Shown in pieces: positions 36,754 to 47,460 of a stretch of 64,000 nucleotides of DNA. Source of the DNA: Prevotella sp. (GTDB lineage Bacteria; Bacteroidota; Bacteroidia; Bacteroidales; Bacteroidaceae). The notes beneath the pieces are model-generated. The model was not told the DNA's origin and made no database searches. It saw only the letters and a list, made by a program, of their open reading frames with translations. The DNA is taken from NCBI GenBank assembly GCA_017623155.1, contig JAGAPR010000098.1:6601-70600 (forward strand). The letters run 5' to 3'. Position numbers and translations under genes: made by a program. The number at the start of each line of letters is the position of its first letter. Position 1 is the first letter of the stretch.

Positions 36754-39700
36754 ACGTAAGCAGCGGCGGGCTGTCGTTTGACTTCTCCGCAACCAACGAC
36801 AATTTAGTTAGAATAGTCGAGCAGAGCAAGCAGGAAATCCAGACGCTCGCCGACGCTTCTAAGACCGGCGGCAAGGCTATGGACGCAGCATTTAAGCAGG
36901 CCGCCGACCGGCTCGACGCACACGCCGAGCAGATGAGCAGCGCCCTAAGCACCCAGCGCCAGGCCGTCATGGCGCTCGAAAAAGAGATGGAGCAGCTGAA
37001 GGCGAAGGCCGGCCAACAATTTGAGGCCGGAGACCTCGCCGCCTCCCAGGCTTCTATGGAAGTCTACAGAGCTAAGGAACGCGAGCTCCAGAAGCGCCGC
37101 GAGTGCATACAAGCCTGCTATGATGGCTTCGACGTATTAGAGCAGGAGCGCCAGCGCCTCGAAGGGCTACGCCAGTCGAGCGAGACCGCCGGCAACGCCC
37201 AGGCTTCCCTGCGCTCCCAGCTTCGCCAGGTACGAGAACAGCTCGCACAGTTAGAGGCTACCGAAGGCGTAGGCGTCAGACAGACGGAGAAATTTAGAGA
37301 GCTCCAGGCCGAGGCCGGACGCCTGGCCGACGCCCTGGCCGACGCACAAGCCCAGGTAAGAATCTTTTCCGACGATAACGCGACAATAACCGGAGCGATC
37401 GCCGGCCTCAGCGGCGTAGCCGGAGCCTTCAGCGCCGCCCAGGGCGCTATGTCGCTTTTCGGCGTCGAAAACGACAAAGTACAAGAGGCTATGCTCAAAG
37501 TCCAGAGCCTTATGGCCATAACAACCGGCCTCCAGCAAGTAGCCAACGCCTTAAACAAAGATAGCGCCTTCCAGCTTACAATCGTAAGGAAGGCAAAAGA
37601 CCTCTTAGCCGCTTCAACCAACAAATTATCCGTAGCTTTAGGTATTAGCACCGTCGCCGCCAAAGCGCTAATGGCTACTTTAACCCTGGGCTTATCCGTC
37701 GCAATTACGGCGCTGGTTATGCTGTGGGACAAGTACACCAACAGCACGAAGGAAGCAGCCGCCACGACCGACGAGACCCGCAAAGCCTTCGAGGAATACC
37801 ACGACAGCACGGCCAAAAAGTCTGCCGACCTGGTAAGTAAATACGAGAAGCTACGGCGCGAGTATAGCCGCCTAAAGACGGAGGCCGACAAGACGCAATG
37901 GATCAAAGATAACGCCTCCGCGATGGATAGCCTCGGTTTAGCCGTCGATGGCGTAACGTCGGCTGATAATATTTTCGTCAAAAATACCGCCAAAGTCATA
38001 AAAGCCCTGGAACTTCGAGCGAAGGCAATGGCGCTCCAGGAGCTACAAACGAAGGCCTACGAAGCCTACTACAGCAAAATTATAAACGCCGACCAGACCG
38101 TAGCCGGCGGCGGCTATTATACCCGCGTATCGGGCACAGTAGCGCCGGGCAGTCAAGGCGCTAAAGACCTGGCCGCCGCCATGAAGGCGGCTGGCGCTGT
38201 CACCAGAACCGGCGACGCCTACAACGATGGCTCCTGGTACAGCATGAGCGGCGGCAACTTCAAATTAACACAGAAGGCAATCGACGCCATAAACAATTAT
38301 AGGCAACAGCAGGCACGAGCCACGAACCAAAAGATCCACGCCGAAGCACAGACCGAACTCGACAAAACCGTTAACTACACCAAGCAACAGCTCCAGCTGA
38401 CCGAAGACGAAATAGCCTCCCTTAACGTACTAAGAGCCGGAGGCGGCGGATCCGGCGGCGGCCGTAACGGCGGGGGAACCGGCGGCGGGAGCCAGAAGAC
38501 CGAAGCCGAGTTATACGCCGACGACTTAGCCAAGAAAAAAGCCCTTTACCAGAAATATCTGGCCTGGGTAACGTCGAGCGACGCCACCGTAAGAGAGGCG
38601 GCCGCGCAGGAATTTGCTCCCCTTCTGGAGCAGGGGAGCACCTACCTCGACTATTTACAGCGACAGCAGGAAGCCCTGCTGTCCGTAGCCCCGACCGAAG
38701 CCGTTAAGCAGAAGCTCCTGGTAATTCAGAACGAAATCGCCGACGCGACCAAAGAAGCTACGTTAAGAAACTTCCAGAGCCAGCTGGAGGCCGACCTGCA
38801 GGCCTGCACGACCCTGGGCGCCATGCTTGATTTATTAGAACAACGCCGCCAGGCTATAGCCGGCGACGACACCGAAGTAGGAGACCGCGAGCGCGAGATG
38901 ATTAAAAGCCAGGAGGACGACGTTAAAGCGCAGGTAAAAGCAGAGACAGAAGCCCTGCTCCAGGAATACGCCAGCTATGAGCTGGAGCGCCTCAAATTTG
39001 CCGAGAGCTACGCCAGGAAGAAGGAACTCCTGGAGCGCAACCTGGCCGCCGCCACGACCGACGAGCAGAGATCCACCGCCAAGACCGCCCTCGCAGCACT
39101 GGAGGAAGAAAATCAGAAATGGCAAAAGAGCAAAACCAGCCTTTACGCCAGCCTTCTGGAAGAATACACAACCCACCAGCAGAAGCTGGCCGACATACAA
39201 GCCAAATATGCCAAGCAGCGCGCCGAGGCCGAGGCCAACGGCAATATTAGCATGGTGCAGCTCATAAACAAGAAGGAGCAGGAAGAAATCAGTAAATTAG
39301 CCGCCACCCAGCTGATGGCCAGCGACAGCTGGAACAAGCTATTTACAGACATGGAGCGCCTCGGCACCACCACCATCGCCAGGCTAATAAAGGAAGTCGA
39401 GGCCAACAAGGTAACGCTGTCGGCACAGCTTAACCCAGCCGACCTTAAAGCCGTCAACGACCAGCTGGAGCGCGCCCGCCAGGAGCTTCAGCAGCGTAAC
39501 CCCTTCTTAGCCCTTCGGGACAGCCTGGCCGAGCTTCGCCGCGCCATGACCGAAAAGAAGCTGTTAGCCGACAAAGACGACCCGATTATAGCCGAGCTGG
39601 AGGAACGAAAAAAAACATACGAGACCATCGCAGCGAAGTTAGCCGACCCCAAGACCGCGCCGACCGTAGCCGTAGACTTCAAGAGCACCCTGGACGAAGG

Positions 39701-40991
39701 CGCTGACTTTACCGACTACTTAAAGAAGCGCATCGAGAAGCTCCAGGGGCTAAAAATAAAGCTGGGCGCCGAGTTTACCGGCCAGCACGAGCTCGACGTT
39801 TTAATAGCTATGCTTAACAAGGTGCAGGGCACCGGCAAAAGCGTAGGCCAGGGCTTAAAAGACAGCTTCAGCGACGCCGCCTCGAGTATTCAGTTTATAT
39901 CCGGATGCTTCGACGCCGTAGTAGGCGGCATGAAGAAGATGGGCATAAGCATGGACGAGGAAACCGAGGCAATCCTGGGCGACATAGGCGGCATTATGGA
40001 AGGCGCCCAGAACGTAGCCCAGGGCATAGCCACCGGCAACCCCCTAAGCATTATCCAGGGCTCTATTACCCTCTTTTCTTCAGCCTTCGACCTTTTCAAC
40101 AGTCGAGACCGCAAGGCCGAGAAGTCAATCAAGAAACACGAGCAAGCCCTGGGGCGCCTTAAAAACGCCTACAACGAGCTGGAGCACGCAATTAAAACCG
40201 CCCTGGGCGAAGAAGTCTACCGCAACCAGACCGCACTAATAGGCAACCTTCGCAAGCAGCAGGCCGAGCTCACCGGCATGATGGCCGACGAGCGAAGCAA
40301 GAAGCACACCGACAACGGCAAGATCCAGGAATGGCAAGAGCAATATGCCGAACTCGGCCGCCAAATTTCGGACATTATGGACGAGATAACGCAGAGCATA
40401 ACCCAGACAACAGCACGAGACCTGGCGGGCAACCTGGCCGACGCTCTGGTAGAAGCCTTTGAGGGAGGCGAGGACGCCGCTAAAGCCTTCGGAGAAGTCG
40501 CCGACGACGTAATCAAGAAGGCCGTAGTTAATGCCCTTAAACTTCAACTCCTGGAGAAGCCATTGCAGAACGCTATTAAACAGCTTCAAAGAGATATGGG
40601 CTTCGACTCAGAAGGTAACGGCACCTTCGACGGACTGACCGAGGCCGAGCAAAAGCGATTTAAGCAGGCCGTAGAAGCCGCCGGCGCCAACTTCCAGCGC
40701 GCGATGGATATGTATAAAGACCTTTTCGCCCAGCTGGACGAGAGCGACCCGACCACCCTCAGCGGCGCGATCAAGGGAGCCAGCCAGGAGAGTATCGACC
40801 TGCTGGCCGGCCAGACCAACGCCGTAAGACAAAACCAGGTAACACAGCTGGCGCTCTTTAGGCAGCAGCTTATCCACGTCAGCAACATAGACAACAACGT
40901 AGGCGTAATCGCCACCCGCCTGCTGTCAATTCTTAACGCATTAACCAGCCCCGCGGGCACCAGTCTACGCTCCCAGGGCATAACCGACTAA
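36750..40991 (+). CDS. Tape measure protein
   Basis: 1413 aa, Ala/Gln-rich helical with hydrophobic segments. Confidence 0.9.
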   Translation: MNVSSGGLSFDFSATNDNLVRIVEQSKQEIQTLADASKTGGKAMDAAFKQAADRLDAHAEQMSSALSTQRQAVMALEKEMEQLKAKAGQQFEAGDLAASQASMEVYRAKERELQKRRECIQACYDGFDVLEQERQRLEGLRQSSETAGNAQASLRSQLRQVREQLAQLEATEGVGVRQTEKFRELQAEAGRLADALADAQAQVRIFSDDNATITGAIAGLSGVAGAFSAAQGAMSLFGVENDKVQEAMLKVQSLMAITTGLQQVANALNKDSAFQLTIVRKAKDLLAASTNKLSVALGISTVAAKALMATLTLGLSVAITALVMLWDKYTNSTKEAAATTDETRKAFEEYHDSTAKKSADLVSKYEKLRREYSRLKTEADKTQWIKDNASAMDSLGLAVDGVTSADNIFVKNTAKVIKALELRAKAMALQELQTKAYEAYYSKIINADQTVAGGGYYTRVSGTVAPGSQGAKDLAAAMKAAGAVTRTGDAYNDGSWYSMSGGNFKLTQKAIDAINNYRQQQARATNQKIHAEAQTELDKTVNYTKQQLQLTEDEIASLNVLRAGGGGSGGGRNGGGTGGGSQKTEAELYADDLAKKKALYQKYLAWVTSSDATVREAAAQEFAPLLEQGSTYLDYLQRQQEALLSVAPTEAVKQKLLVIQNEIADATKEATLRNFQSQLEADLQACTTLGAMLDLLEQRRQAIAGDDTEVGDREREMIKSQEDDVKAQVKAETEALLQEYASYELERLKFAESYARKKELLERNLAAATTDEQRSTAKTALAALEEENQKWQKSKTSLYASLLEEYTTHQQKLADIQAKYAKQRAEAEANGNISMVQLINKKEQEEISKLAATQLMASDSWNKLFTDMERLGTTTIARLIKEVEANKVTLSAQLNPADLKAVNDQLERARQELQQRNPFLALRDSLAELRRAMTEKKLLADKDDPIIAELEERKKTYETIAAKLADPKTAPTVAVDFKSTLDEGADFTDYLKKRIEKLQGLKIKLGAEFTGQHELDVLIAMLNKVQGTGKSVGQGLKDSFSDAASSIQFISGCFDAVVGGMKKMGISMDEETEAILGDIGGIMEGAQNVAQGIATGNPLSIIQGSITLFSSAFDLFNSRDRKAEKSIKKHEQALGRLKNAYNELEHAIKTALGEEVYRNQTALIGNLRKQQAELTGMMADERSKKHTDNGKIQEWQEQYAELGRQISDIMDEITQSITQTTARDLAGNLADALVEAFEGGEDAAKAFGEVADDVIKKAVVNALKLQLLEKPLQNAIKQLQRDMGFDSEGNGTFDGLTEAEQKRFKQAVEAAGANFQRAMDMYKDLFAQLDESDPTTLSGAIKGASQESIDLLAGQTNAVRQNQVTQLALFRQQLIHVSNIDNNVGVIATRLLSILNALTSPAGTSLRSQGITD

Positions 40992-40994
40992 AGC

Positions 40995-41489
40995 ATGGAA
41001 CTAAAGCAACTACGCAAAGAGCTCGCCGCCGAGGCAGAAAAGGCCGGAATTTGCAAGGAATGGCTCGGAAAGATATTAACGGCGCCTTCGCGCGAATACC
41101 TTCTCCAGCTTTTCATCAAGGGGCTGGACTTCTCAATCCTTCACGACTTCCCCAGCAACCGCCTGGCCGACGAGTTTAGCGACATAGCCCCGCACTTCGG
41201 CATTTTCGTAAACCGGGAGGGCACCTGGCCGGCGGCGAACAAAAAGCGCGTTATAGCCCGCGACGCGATAGTAATGCCGGCCACCTTCGACGGCTTCAGC
41301 GTCGGCGAAGTCTACGCCCTTCACGGCAGCGGCGTAGAAGTAAGAGCCTCCGGCCGCGCGATAGTCTCCGTTACCGTCGAGGACGGCGCCCAAGTCGAGG
41401 CAACCGCAACAGAATACGCCCAGGTTAAAATCTTCCACCACGGCGGCCAGATTGTAACCCACGGCAACGTAACAGTAATTAACCCTTAA
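40995..41489 (+). CDS. Hypothetical tail-region protein
   Basis: Packed ORF after tape measure. Confidence 0.65.
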   Translation: MELKQLRKELAAEAEKAGICKEWLGKILTAPSREYLLQLFIKGLDFSILHDFPSNRLADEFSDIAPHFGIFVNREGTWPAANKKRVIARDAIVMPATFDGFSVGEVYALHGSGVEVRASGRAIVSVTVEDGAQVEATATEYAQVKIFHHGGQIVTHGNVTVINP

Positions 41490-41500
41490 CACCTACCGCA

Positions 41501-42724
41501 ATGGCAGCCAACGAAACCGACTTAATATTAAATCTCCCCTTCGACGAGAGCAGCGGCTCCCCGAAGGCCTACGACTACGCTCGCGATCGCCACGACGCAA
41601 CAGTAGAGGGCGCCGACTTCATAGCCGGCCGCCAGGGCAACTGCATACACTTCGACGGAGCAGGCAGCGCCACCATCGAAGACAGCTTTCTGAACCTTAA
41701 CGGCGACTTTACCCTCCTGGCCTGGATAAAGCCGGCGACATACCCGGACGGCGTAACCGGCAAGAACCGGCTCGGCTTCTTCTTCAATACCGCCGCCCTG
41801 GACGGATCCCGCGCCGCCTGGCTCGACGTGCTACCCGATACCTGGGGCTATTACACCATACGCAAACGCGGCACCATTATAGACATCTTCGCCGACACCC
41901 AGCACCGCGAGACCCTCAGCCTCCCCGGAGCCTTAACCGGCCTGGCGATACTTCAGGACATCTATAGCACCGGCCTGGCCTACGCCGACGTCGACGAAGC
42001 CAAAATTTACGGCGTAGCCCTCACGGACGAGGATATCGCCGAGACCCTTAACGACGTCAGACAGCTGGAATATTATATTAACGGCGTCAACTTCAAGGAC
42101 TACGACATCCGCGTAAGCAGCTCCGAAGGCGTGCTCGACCTTCCCAAGCTAAAGACACCGTTAAGCGTCGACTGGCCGGACTACCACGGCGAAATCGTAG
42201 ACCTCGACGACAAGCGCGTAGAAGCTCGCACGATAAAGCTAAACTGCTGGATGCGCGCCAAAGGTAAAATCGACTTCGCTACAAAGGCCTTCGACTTCCA
42301 GCGCCATTTTATGGCCAACGGCACCGCCCGGCTGATGATAAGCATCCACCCGACAAAGCCCCTGGTTTACGAAGTCTATAACGCCGACGGCATAGCGCAC
42401 GACAAGCGCTGGCACGACGACAAGATGATAGGCACGTTTACTCTGACACTTCGAGAACCCGACCCAGTTAAGCGAGTGCTCCGCCACCAGCGCTCCAGCG
42501 CAGCCACGGCCGAAGTTACCGTAGGCTTCAAGAGCGACAAGATGGTAACAATCTACTGGGGCGACGGCACCGCCGACGTAGACCTCTACGGCGACTACAC
42601 CGGAGCCAACGCCGTAAAACACACCTACACGACCGACGGCACCTATTACCCAATCGTCGCCGGCATAGTCGACAAAATTAAAGAGTTTACCACCAACGCC
42701 ATCATCGTATGGGACATGATTTAA
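41501..42724 (+). CDS. LamG-like domain + distal-tail-like protein
   Basis: LPFDE..FDG..FTLLAWIK..VDEAKIY..ALT; VDWPDYHG; IYWGDG. Confidence 0.65.
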   Translation: MAANETDLILNLPFDESSGSPKAYDYARDRHDATVEGADFIAGRQGNCIHFDGAGSATIEDSFLNLNGDFTLLAWIKPATYPDGVTGKNRLGFFFNTAALDGSRAAWLDVLPDTWGYYTIRKRGTIIDIFADTQHRETLSLPGALTGLAILQDIYSTGLAYADVDEAKIYGVALTDEDIAETLNDVRQLEYYINGVNFKDYDIRVSSSEGVLDLPKLKTPLSVDWPDYHGEIVDLDDKRVEARTIKLNCWMRAKGKIDFATKAFDFQRHFMANGTARLMISIHPTKPLVYEVYNADGIAHDKRWHDDKMIGTFTLTLREPDPVKRVLRHQRSSAATAEVTVGFKSDKMVTIYWGDGTADVDLYGDYTGANAVKHTYTTDGTYYPIVAGIVDKIKEFTTNAIIVWDMI

Positions 42725-45700
42725 CAATTTACGACCGACGCGGAGAGAGGAAATTTAACCTCCTATCCCGCGCCGCCGTTAGCGGCGTCAGTCGAGCCAG
42801 CCAGAAGACCAGCCTCCTGGCCGACGACACTATTACCGTAACCGTCGAGAGCGCCCGCCCCCTGGATATATCCATCGGCGACAATATCCGGATCTTCGGC
42901 AAGCGCTACACCTTCAACCAGCTCCCGCAGCCAACCAAGAACGGCGAGCGCGTCTATAGCTACGAGCTGACCCTGGAGGGGCTACAGTACGATTTAATAG
43001 ATGTTCACTATCACCTGCCCGAAGACGCCTACGGCGAAACCTACTACGCGAACCTTCAGCGCCACCTGGAGATCCTCGAATGGAACATTAACCGCATACA
43101 CCAGGGCTGGCGCGTCATAGTCGACGCAGACGCCTACGACCCCGACAACTACCAGAACATCACGACCAGCGAAAAGAACGCACTGGCCATGCTTCAAGAC
43201 CTTTGCTCGCTTTTCGGCGTCGAGTTTGAACTGACCGCCCAGGGCAACGGCGGCCTGGTACACGTCAAGAAGAAGGCCGGAGTAACGCACCCCTTTACGC
43301 TTCAGTATGGCCGCGGCAAAGGCCTCTATAAGCTAAGCCGCGCCAACGTCAACAACGCCGGGATAACTAACCGGCTTTACGTCTACGGAAGCCAGGAGAA
43401 CCTCCCGCGCAACTACGGCCACACCAAGCTCTGCCTGGCCGATACCAGCCGCTTAACTTCATACCTGGAGGACAAAGACTCTATAGACGCCTACGGAGTG
43501 AAGGAGGGCGAAAAGAACTACCCGGACATCAAGGCCGAGCGCGTAGGCGTTATTACAGCCCTGGGCGCCGACCGCATAACCTTCATCGACACCAGCGGCG
43601 ACCCGGACGACCCCGAGAACCTGCCGATGTTCGACCTCAACGAGAAGGCCGCCGACGGAAGCACAAAGTATCTGATAGACGGAACCAGCGCTAAAATTAA
43701 ATTCCAGACCGGCAACCTGGCCGGCTACGAATTTGAGCTGCACAGTTACGACCACGGTACAAAGACCTTTGTAATAAACCGCTTCACGGACGAAAACGGC
43801 CTCATCTTCCCCAACGACGAGCAAGACGCCTTTACCTTCGCCGTCGGCGACAAGTATATTATTACCGATATCCAGCTCCCCGACAGCTACGTAAGGCAAG
43901 CCCAGGGGCGCCTGGAGGCCGCCGCGCGCGCCGACTTCCCGCCAATGACCCAGCCCCAAGTTAGCTATAAATTAGGCTTAACCGAAGGCTTCTTTGCGTC
44001 GATATGGGGCAAGGAGGTAGAGACCGAATTTTTACACGTCGGCGACTATATCCACATCGTCGACAAAGAAATCGGCGTAGACAAGGAAGTAAGAATAACA
44101 GCTATTACCCGCGACCTCCTGCGGCCGCACAGCTACGAGCTGACGCTGAGCGACACCGTAGTAAAGAGCAGCATAGTAAAAGTAATTAACGACATTCAAG
44201 ACATCCAGGACGCTATCAGCTATAACTCGGGCTTCACGGATCCGAGCAAAGCCCGCCGCCGCTGGATGGCTACGCAGGAGCTATTAAACCTCGTTTTTGA
44301 CCCCGAAGGCGACTACTATAGCGAGAAGATAAAGCCGCTGAGCATAGAGACCCAGATGTTAAGCGTCGGCGCCAAGTCTACGCAATTCACGCTCAACAAC
44401 GTAACAATCCAACCGAACTATAACGGCGACCCCAATACGATAGCCTTCTCCGACGGCCTTCTGGTACACTACGGCATCGACCCGGAGCACACCCGCCCCT
44501 GGGTAATGGGCGCTACAACCTTCAGCGGCCTTAACCCAAACCAGCCCTATTACATTTATGCCCGCTGCCCCCGCGAGGGAGGCAACGGCTCCTGGCTTAT
44601 AAATACCCAGGCGATACCCTGCGAGGCCGAGGCCGCTAATTATTACTTCCTCGTCGGCGTACTTAACAGCATAAGCACCGACAACCACGGAGGCAACCGC
44701 GCCCGCCTTATTTCGCTGACCTACGGCTCCAGCACCATTAACGGCCGCTTTATCAGATGTGGCAGGATAGAGAGCAGCGGCGGCGGCGCTACATACTTCG
44801 ACCTCGATACCGGCGTTATTTCCGGCCGTATTCTTTTCAGAAGCTCCGACGGCACTATTAAGGAAGTCTCCGACCTGGAGAGCAAGACCCAGGAAATCGA
44901 AGACTATATTAACGGCACCCTTCAAGGCACCCTGGAAGGAATCCAGGGACAGCTCGACGGCGTAATAGAGCAATATTTTGAGACCGTAGACCCAAGCCCG
45001 AACCAGGACGCCCCGCTGGCTGACCCCAACGAGCCGGCCAGCACCTGGACGACCAACGAGGACAAAGAGAAGCACGCCGGCGACCTCTACTATAACACCG
45101 AGAGCGGCAAAGTATGGCGCTACGTCAAGGGGCGAGTAATCCCGCGCCCCGGCGCTGTGCCCGGCTACCGATACTTCTGGCGCGAGCTTCAGGACACCGA
45201 GCTGGCCAAAGCCCTACAGTTAGCCCAGGACGCGATGAACGCCGCCGACGACAAGGCGCGAATCTTCTACGTAACACCCTACGCCCCCTACGATCCGGGA
45301 GATTTATGGGTACAAGGCACGACCGGCGACATCATGGTATGCAAGACCGGACGAGCCGCGGACGCCGTGCCCAACTTCGCCACAAGCGACTGGGAGAAGG
45401 CCAGCAAATACACCGACGACAGCGGGCTACACGATTTTATTTTGAACCAGTATGCCTCCGACATGGCCGACCTTCTTAACCAGGTAGACGGCAAAATAGA
45501 ATGCTTCTACACGTCGGCCAACCCGGCCAACAACTGGGACGAAACCGACTACGACCGCCACATAGGAGACCAATGGTATAACGTCAGCACTAAAAATCTC
45601 TACCGATTTGTAAAGGCCGCCTGGCTTAACTCCGCTTCGGGATGGACAAAGCCTATTATACCAAGCACCGCTGTAGGTAAAATAGACGCCAACAATGCCA

Positions 45701-47034
45701 CTTATTACTGGCTTAAAATAGAGAACGCTGACGCGATAGCAGCCGCAGCAGCCGCAGCAGCCGCCCAGGACACGGCCGACGGCAAGCGCACTGTTTTTGT
45801 AACAGAGCCTAAAGCGCCTTACTACGTCGGCGACCTATGGCTCAAAGGTATAGACAGCACCGGCAAAGCAAGCGGCGGCCTCTGGCGCTGCATTAAAGAC
45901 AATACAACAAAAGGCAGCTTCAACACTAACGACTGGGTAGAAGCCACCTACTACGACTGTACCCAGACCGCAATCGACGGCGGAATAGTAACAGCCGGCA
46001 CAGTCCAGCTGGCCAACGAGCACACCGGCTCAATCGTCGCCGGCATAACCGGAGGCTACGGCAAGACCTTCAAGGAAACGGCCAGCACGCCCGAAGAAGA
46101 AAAGGTAAGAATATGGGCTGGAGCCAGCGAAAGCAACCGGCGAACCGCGCCGTTTAGAGTGCTTCAGAACGGCAAAGTATATGCCACAAACGCCGAGATA
46201 GAAGGCAAGGTTACGGCGACCGACGGCTCATTTACCGGAACCGTCAACGCCAACGCCGGCAGGATAGGCCGCCTGGTAATTATGGGCAACGACCTGGCAG
46301 GCCTCGACGACAACGGAGTAGAGCGCGTTAGAATAGGCGTCGGCACCCTTCCCTCCGTTAATACGGCTTTTTCCCGAGTAGGCATCTCCTTCTCGCTATC
46401 TTCTTCGGATGGCGAGGCGTCATGGCCGGAGGACGCCGGCGGCTACTATACGGCCAACGTCATAGGCAGCGGCCGCGAAATATCCACGAACCGCGACGAC
46501 GGTAACTATACCGATAATGCCCATGTCACCGCGGTCGTCAAATTTAGCCTCAGCCAGACCGCCAGAACCGTAACGTTTGGGCGCTGGGACGCCGGCTATA
46601 GAACCAGCAACGCCAGCGCCGGAACCGTAACCGCCAAAGGAACGGCTACGTTATATCGAGTAGTAGGCACGGCAAGAACCAAAATCGGCTCCTGGGAAAT
46701 TGAGGAACAGAGTTATGATGTAGACTTTGACAGCCTCAGCCCCGGAAATTACGAAGTACATGTTACTACCTACGTCGAATTTAGCGGAGAGTACTGGTTT
46801 GGAGACGTCGAATTTTGGATAGGAGGCGGCATCTGGATAGAGACAGCCGCCCAAAGCACCAATATAACGACCATCGCCAAAGACGGCATTTTAACAATGC
46901 ACGCCGCCGACAAATATCTATTTTATTCAGCCTCCCAGGGCTTCGAGACCCGCTGGGGCAACTACGGTCTAAAGGTCGACTCCGGAGGCGCCCAGACGCT
47001 TGTTAACGGCAAATGGGTAAAGATTAAGACATAA
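42709..47034 (+). CDS. Tail tip / host-specificity protein
   Basis: 1441 aa; YGRGKGL, TNRLYVYG; two internal repeats with GDLW; APFRVLQNG. Confidence 0.75.
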   Translation: MGHDLTIYDRRGERKFNLLSRAAVSGVSRASQKTSLLADDTITVTVESARPLDISIGDNIRIFGKRYTFNQLPQPTKNGERVYSYELTLEGLQYDLIDVHYHLPEDAYGETYYANLQRHLEILEWNINRIHQGWRVIVDADAYDPDNYQNITTSEKNALAMLQDLCSLFGVEFELTAQGNGGLVHVKKKAGVTHPFTLQYGRGKGLYKLSRANVNNAGITNRLYVYGSQENLPRNYGHTKLCLADTSRLTSYLEDKDSIDAYGVKEGEKNYPDIKAERVGVITALGADRITFIDTSGDPDDPENLPMFDLNEKAADGSTKYLIDGTSAKIKFQTGNLAGYEFELHSYDHGTKTFVINRFTDENGLIFPNDEQDAFTFAVGDKYIITDIQLPDSYVRQAQGRLEAAARADFPPMTQPQVSYKLGLTEGFFASIWGKEVETEFLHVGDYIHIVDKEIGVDKEVRITAITRDLLRPHSYELTLSDTVVKSSIVKVINDIQDIQDAISYNSGFTDPSKARRRWMATQELLNLVFDPEGDYYSEKIKPLSIETQMLSVGAKSTQFTLNNVTIQPNYNGDPNTIAFSDGLLVHYGIDPEHTRPWVMGATTFSGLNPNQPYYIYARCPREGGNGSWLINTQAIPCEAEAANYYFLVGVLNSISTDNHGGNRARLISLTYGSSTINGRFIRCGRIESSGGGATYFDLDTGVISGRILFRSSDGTIKEVSDLESKTQEIEDYINGTLQGTLEGIQGQLDGVIEQYFETVDPSPNQDAPLADPNEPASTWTTNEDKEKHAGDLYYNTESGKVWRYVKGRVIPRPGAVPGYRYFWRELQDTELAKALQLAQDAMNAADDKARIFYVTPYAPYDPGDLWVQGTTGDIMVCKTGRAADAVPNFATSDWEKASKYTDDSGLHDFILNQYASDMADLLNQVDGKIECFYTSANPANNWDETDYDRHIGDQWYNVSTKNLYRFVKAAWLNSASGWTKPIIPSTAVGKIDANNATYYWLKIENADAIAAAAAAAAAQDTADGKRTVFVTEPKAPYYVGDLWLKGIDSTGKASGGLWRCIKDNTTKGSFNTNDWVEATYYDCTQTAIDGGIVTAGTVQLANEHTGSIVAGITGGYGKTFKETASTPEEEKVRIWAGASESNRRTAPFRVLQNGKVYATNAEIEGKVTATDGSFTGTVNANAGRIGRLVIMGNDLAGLDDNGVERVRIGVGTLPSVNTAFSRVGISFSLSSSDGEASWPEDAGGYYTANVIGSGREISTNRDDGNYTDNAHVTAVVKFSLSQTARTVTFGRWDAGYRTSNASAGTVTAKGTATLYRVVGTARTKIGSWEIEEQSYDVDFDSLSPGNYEVHVTTYVEFSGEYWFGDVEFWIGGGIWIETAAQSTNITTIAKDGILTMHAADKYLFYSASQGFETRWGNYGLKVDSGGAQTLVNGKWVKIKT

Positions 47035-47109
47035 GGCCAAGCCCCGGCAACACGGCGCCGGGGCTCCTTCCTTCGCTTCATACCTGGCGCCGCGACACGG
47101 CCACGGCAA

Positions 47110-47167
47110 AAGTTATGAGCGAGTTTTTGACAACGTACTATCATAGTACATTAATTAACTATATTTG
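47110..47167 (+). promoter_or_regulatory. Late promoter 3, upstream of fibre-DGR-lysis block
   Basis: 21 bp (47132-47152) identical to 21380-21400; inverted CTCATAACTT box; TATATTTG (47160-47167). Confidence 0.65.
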
Positions 47168-47184
47168 CAAACAAACTAACGACC

Positions 47185-47445
47185 ATGCTCAATAGACAAG
47201 GCGACACAGTAAGCGCGCAGATCAGCGAGATGGGCGCCGTTACCTTCAAGAACGGCCAGCCCTTCAGCCTGGGGCGTCCCTTCAACCTCAAGAACGACGG
47301 CGAGGCCGCCTGCTTCTTAGAAGTCAACCTCTGGGGAATGCCCCGGGGGCAATACGTTACCACCCGCTTCGAGACCGGATGGAACCCCGAGATAATTAAC
47401 GAGATTAAACCCAGCAGCGCCCCCGGGCTGCTCTGGGGCAACTAA
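47185..47445 (+). CDS. Hypothetical protein
   Basis: TRFETGWNPEIINEIK; first gene after promoter 3. Confidence 0.7.
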   Translation: MLNRQGDTVSAQISEMGAVTFKNGQPFSLGRPFNLKNDGEAACFLEVNLWGMPRGQYVTTRFETGWNPEIINEIKPSSAPGLLWGN

Positions 47446-47460
47446 TAACACCAGTATAAT

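Noticed and set aside
1-47460. Second VR target for the TR
   Set aside because: No other copy of GGCGTGCTCTTTGGCGGG or GGCTCCCGG..TT.CT noticed by eye; an A-masked search of the genome is needed to exclude it
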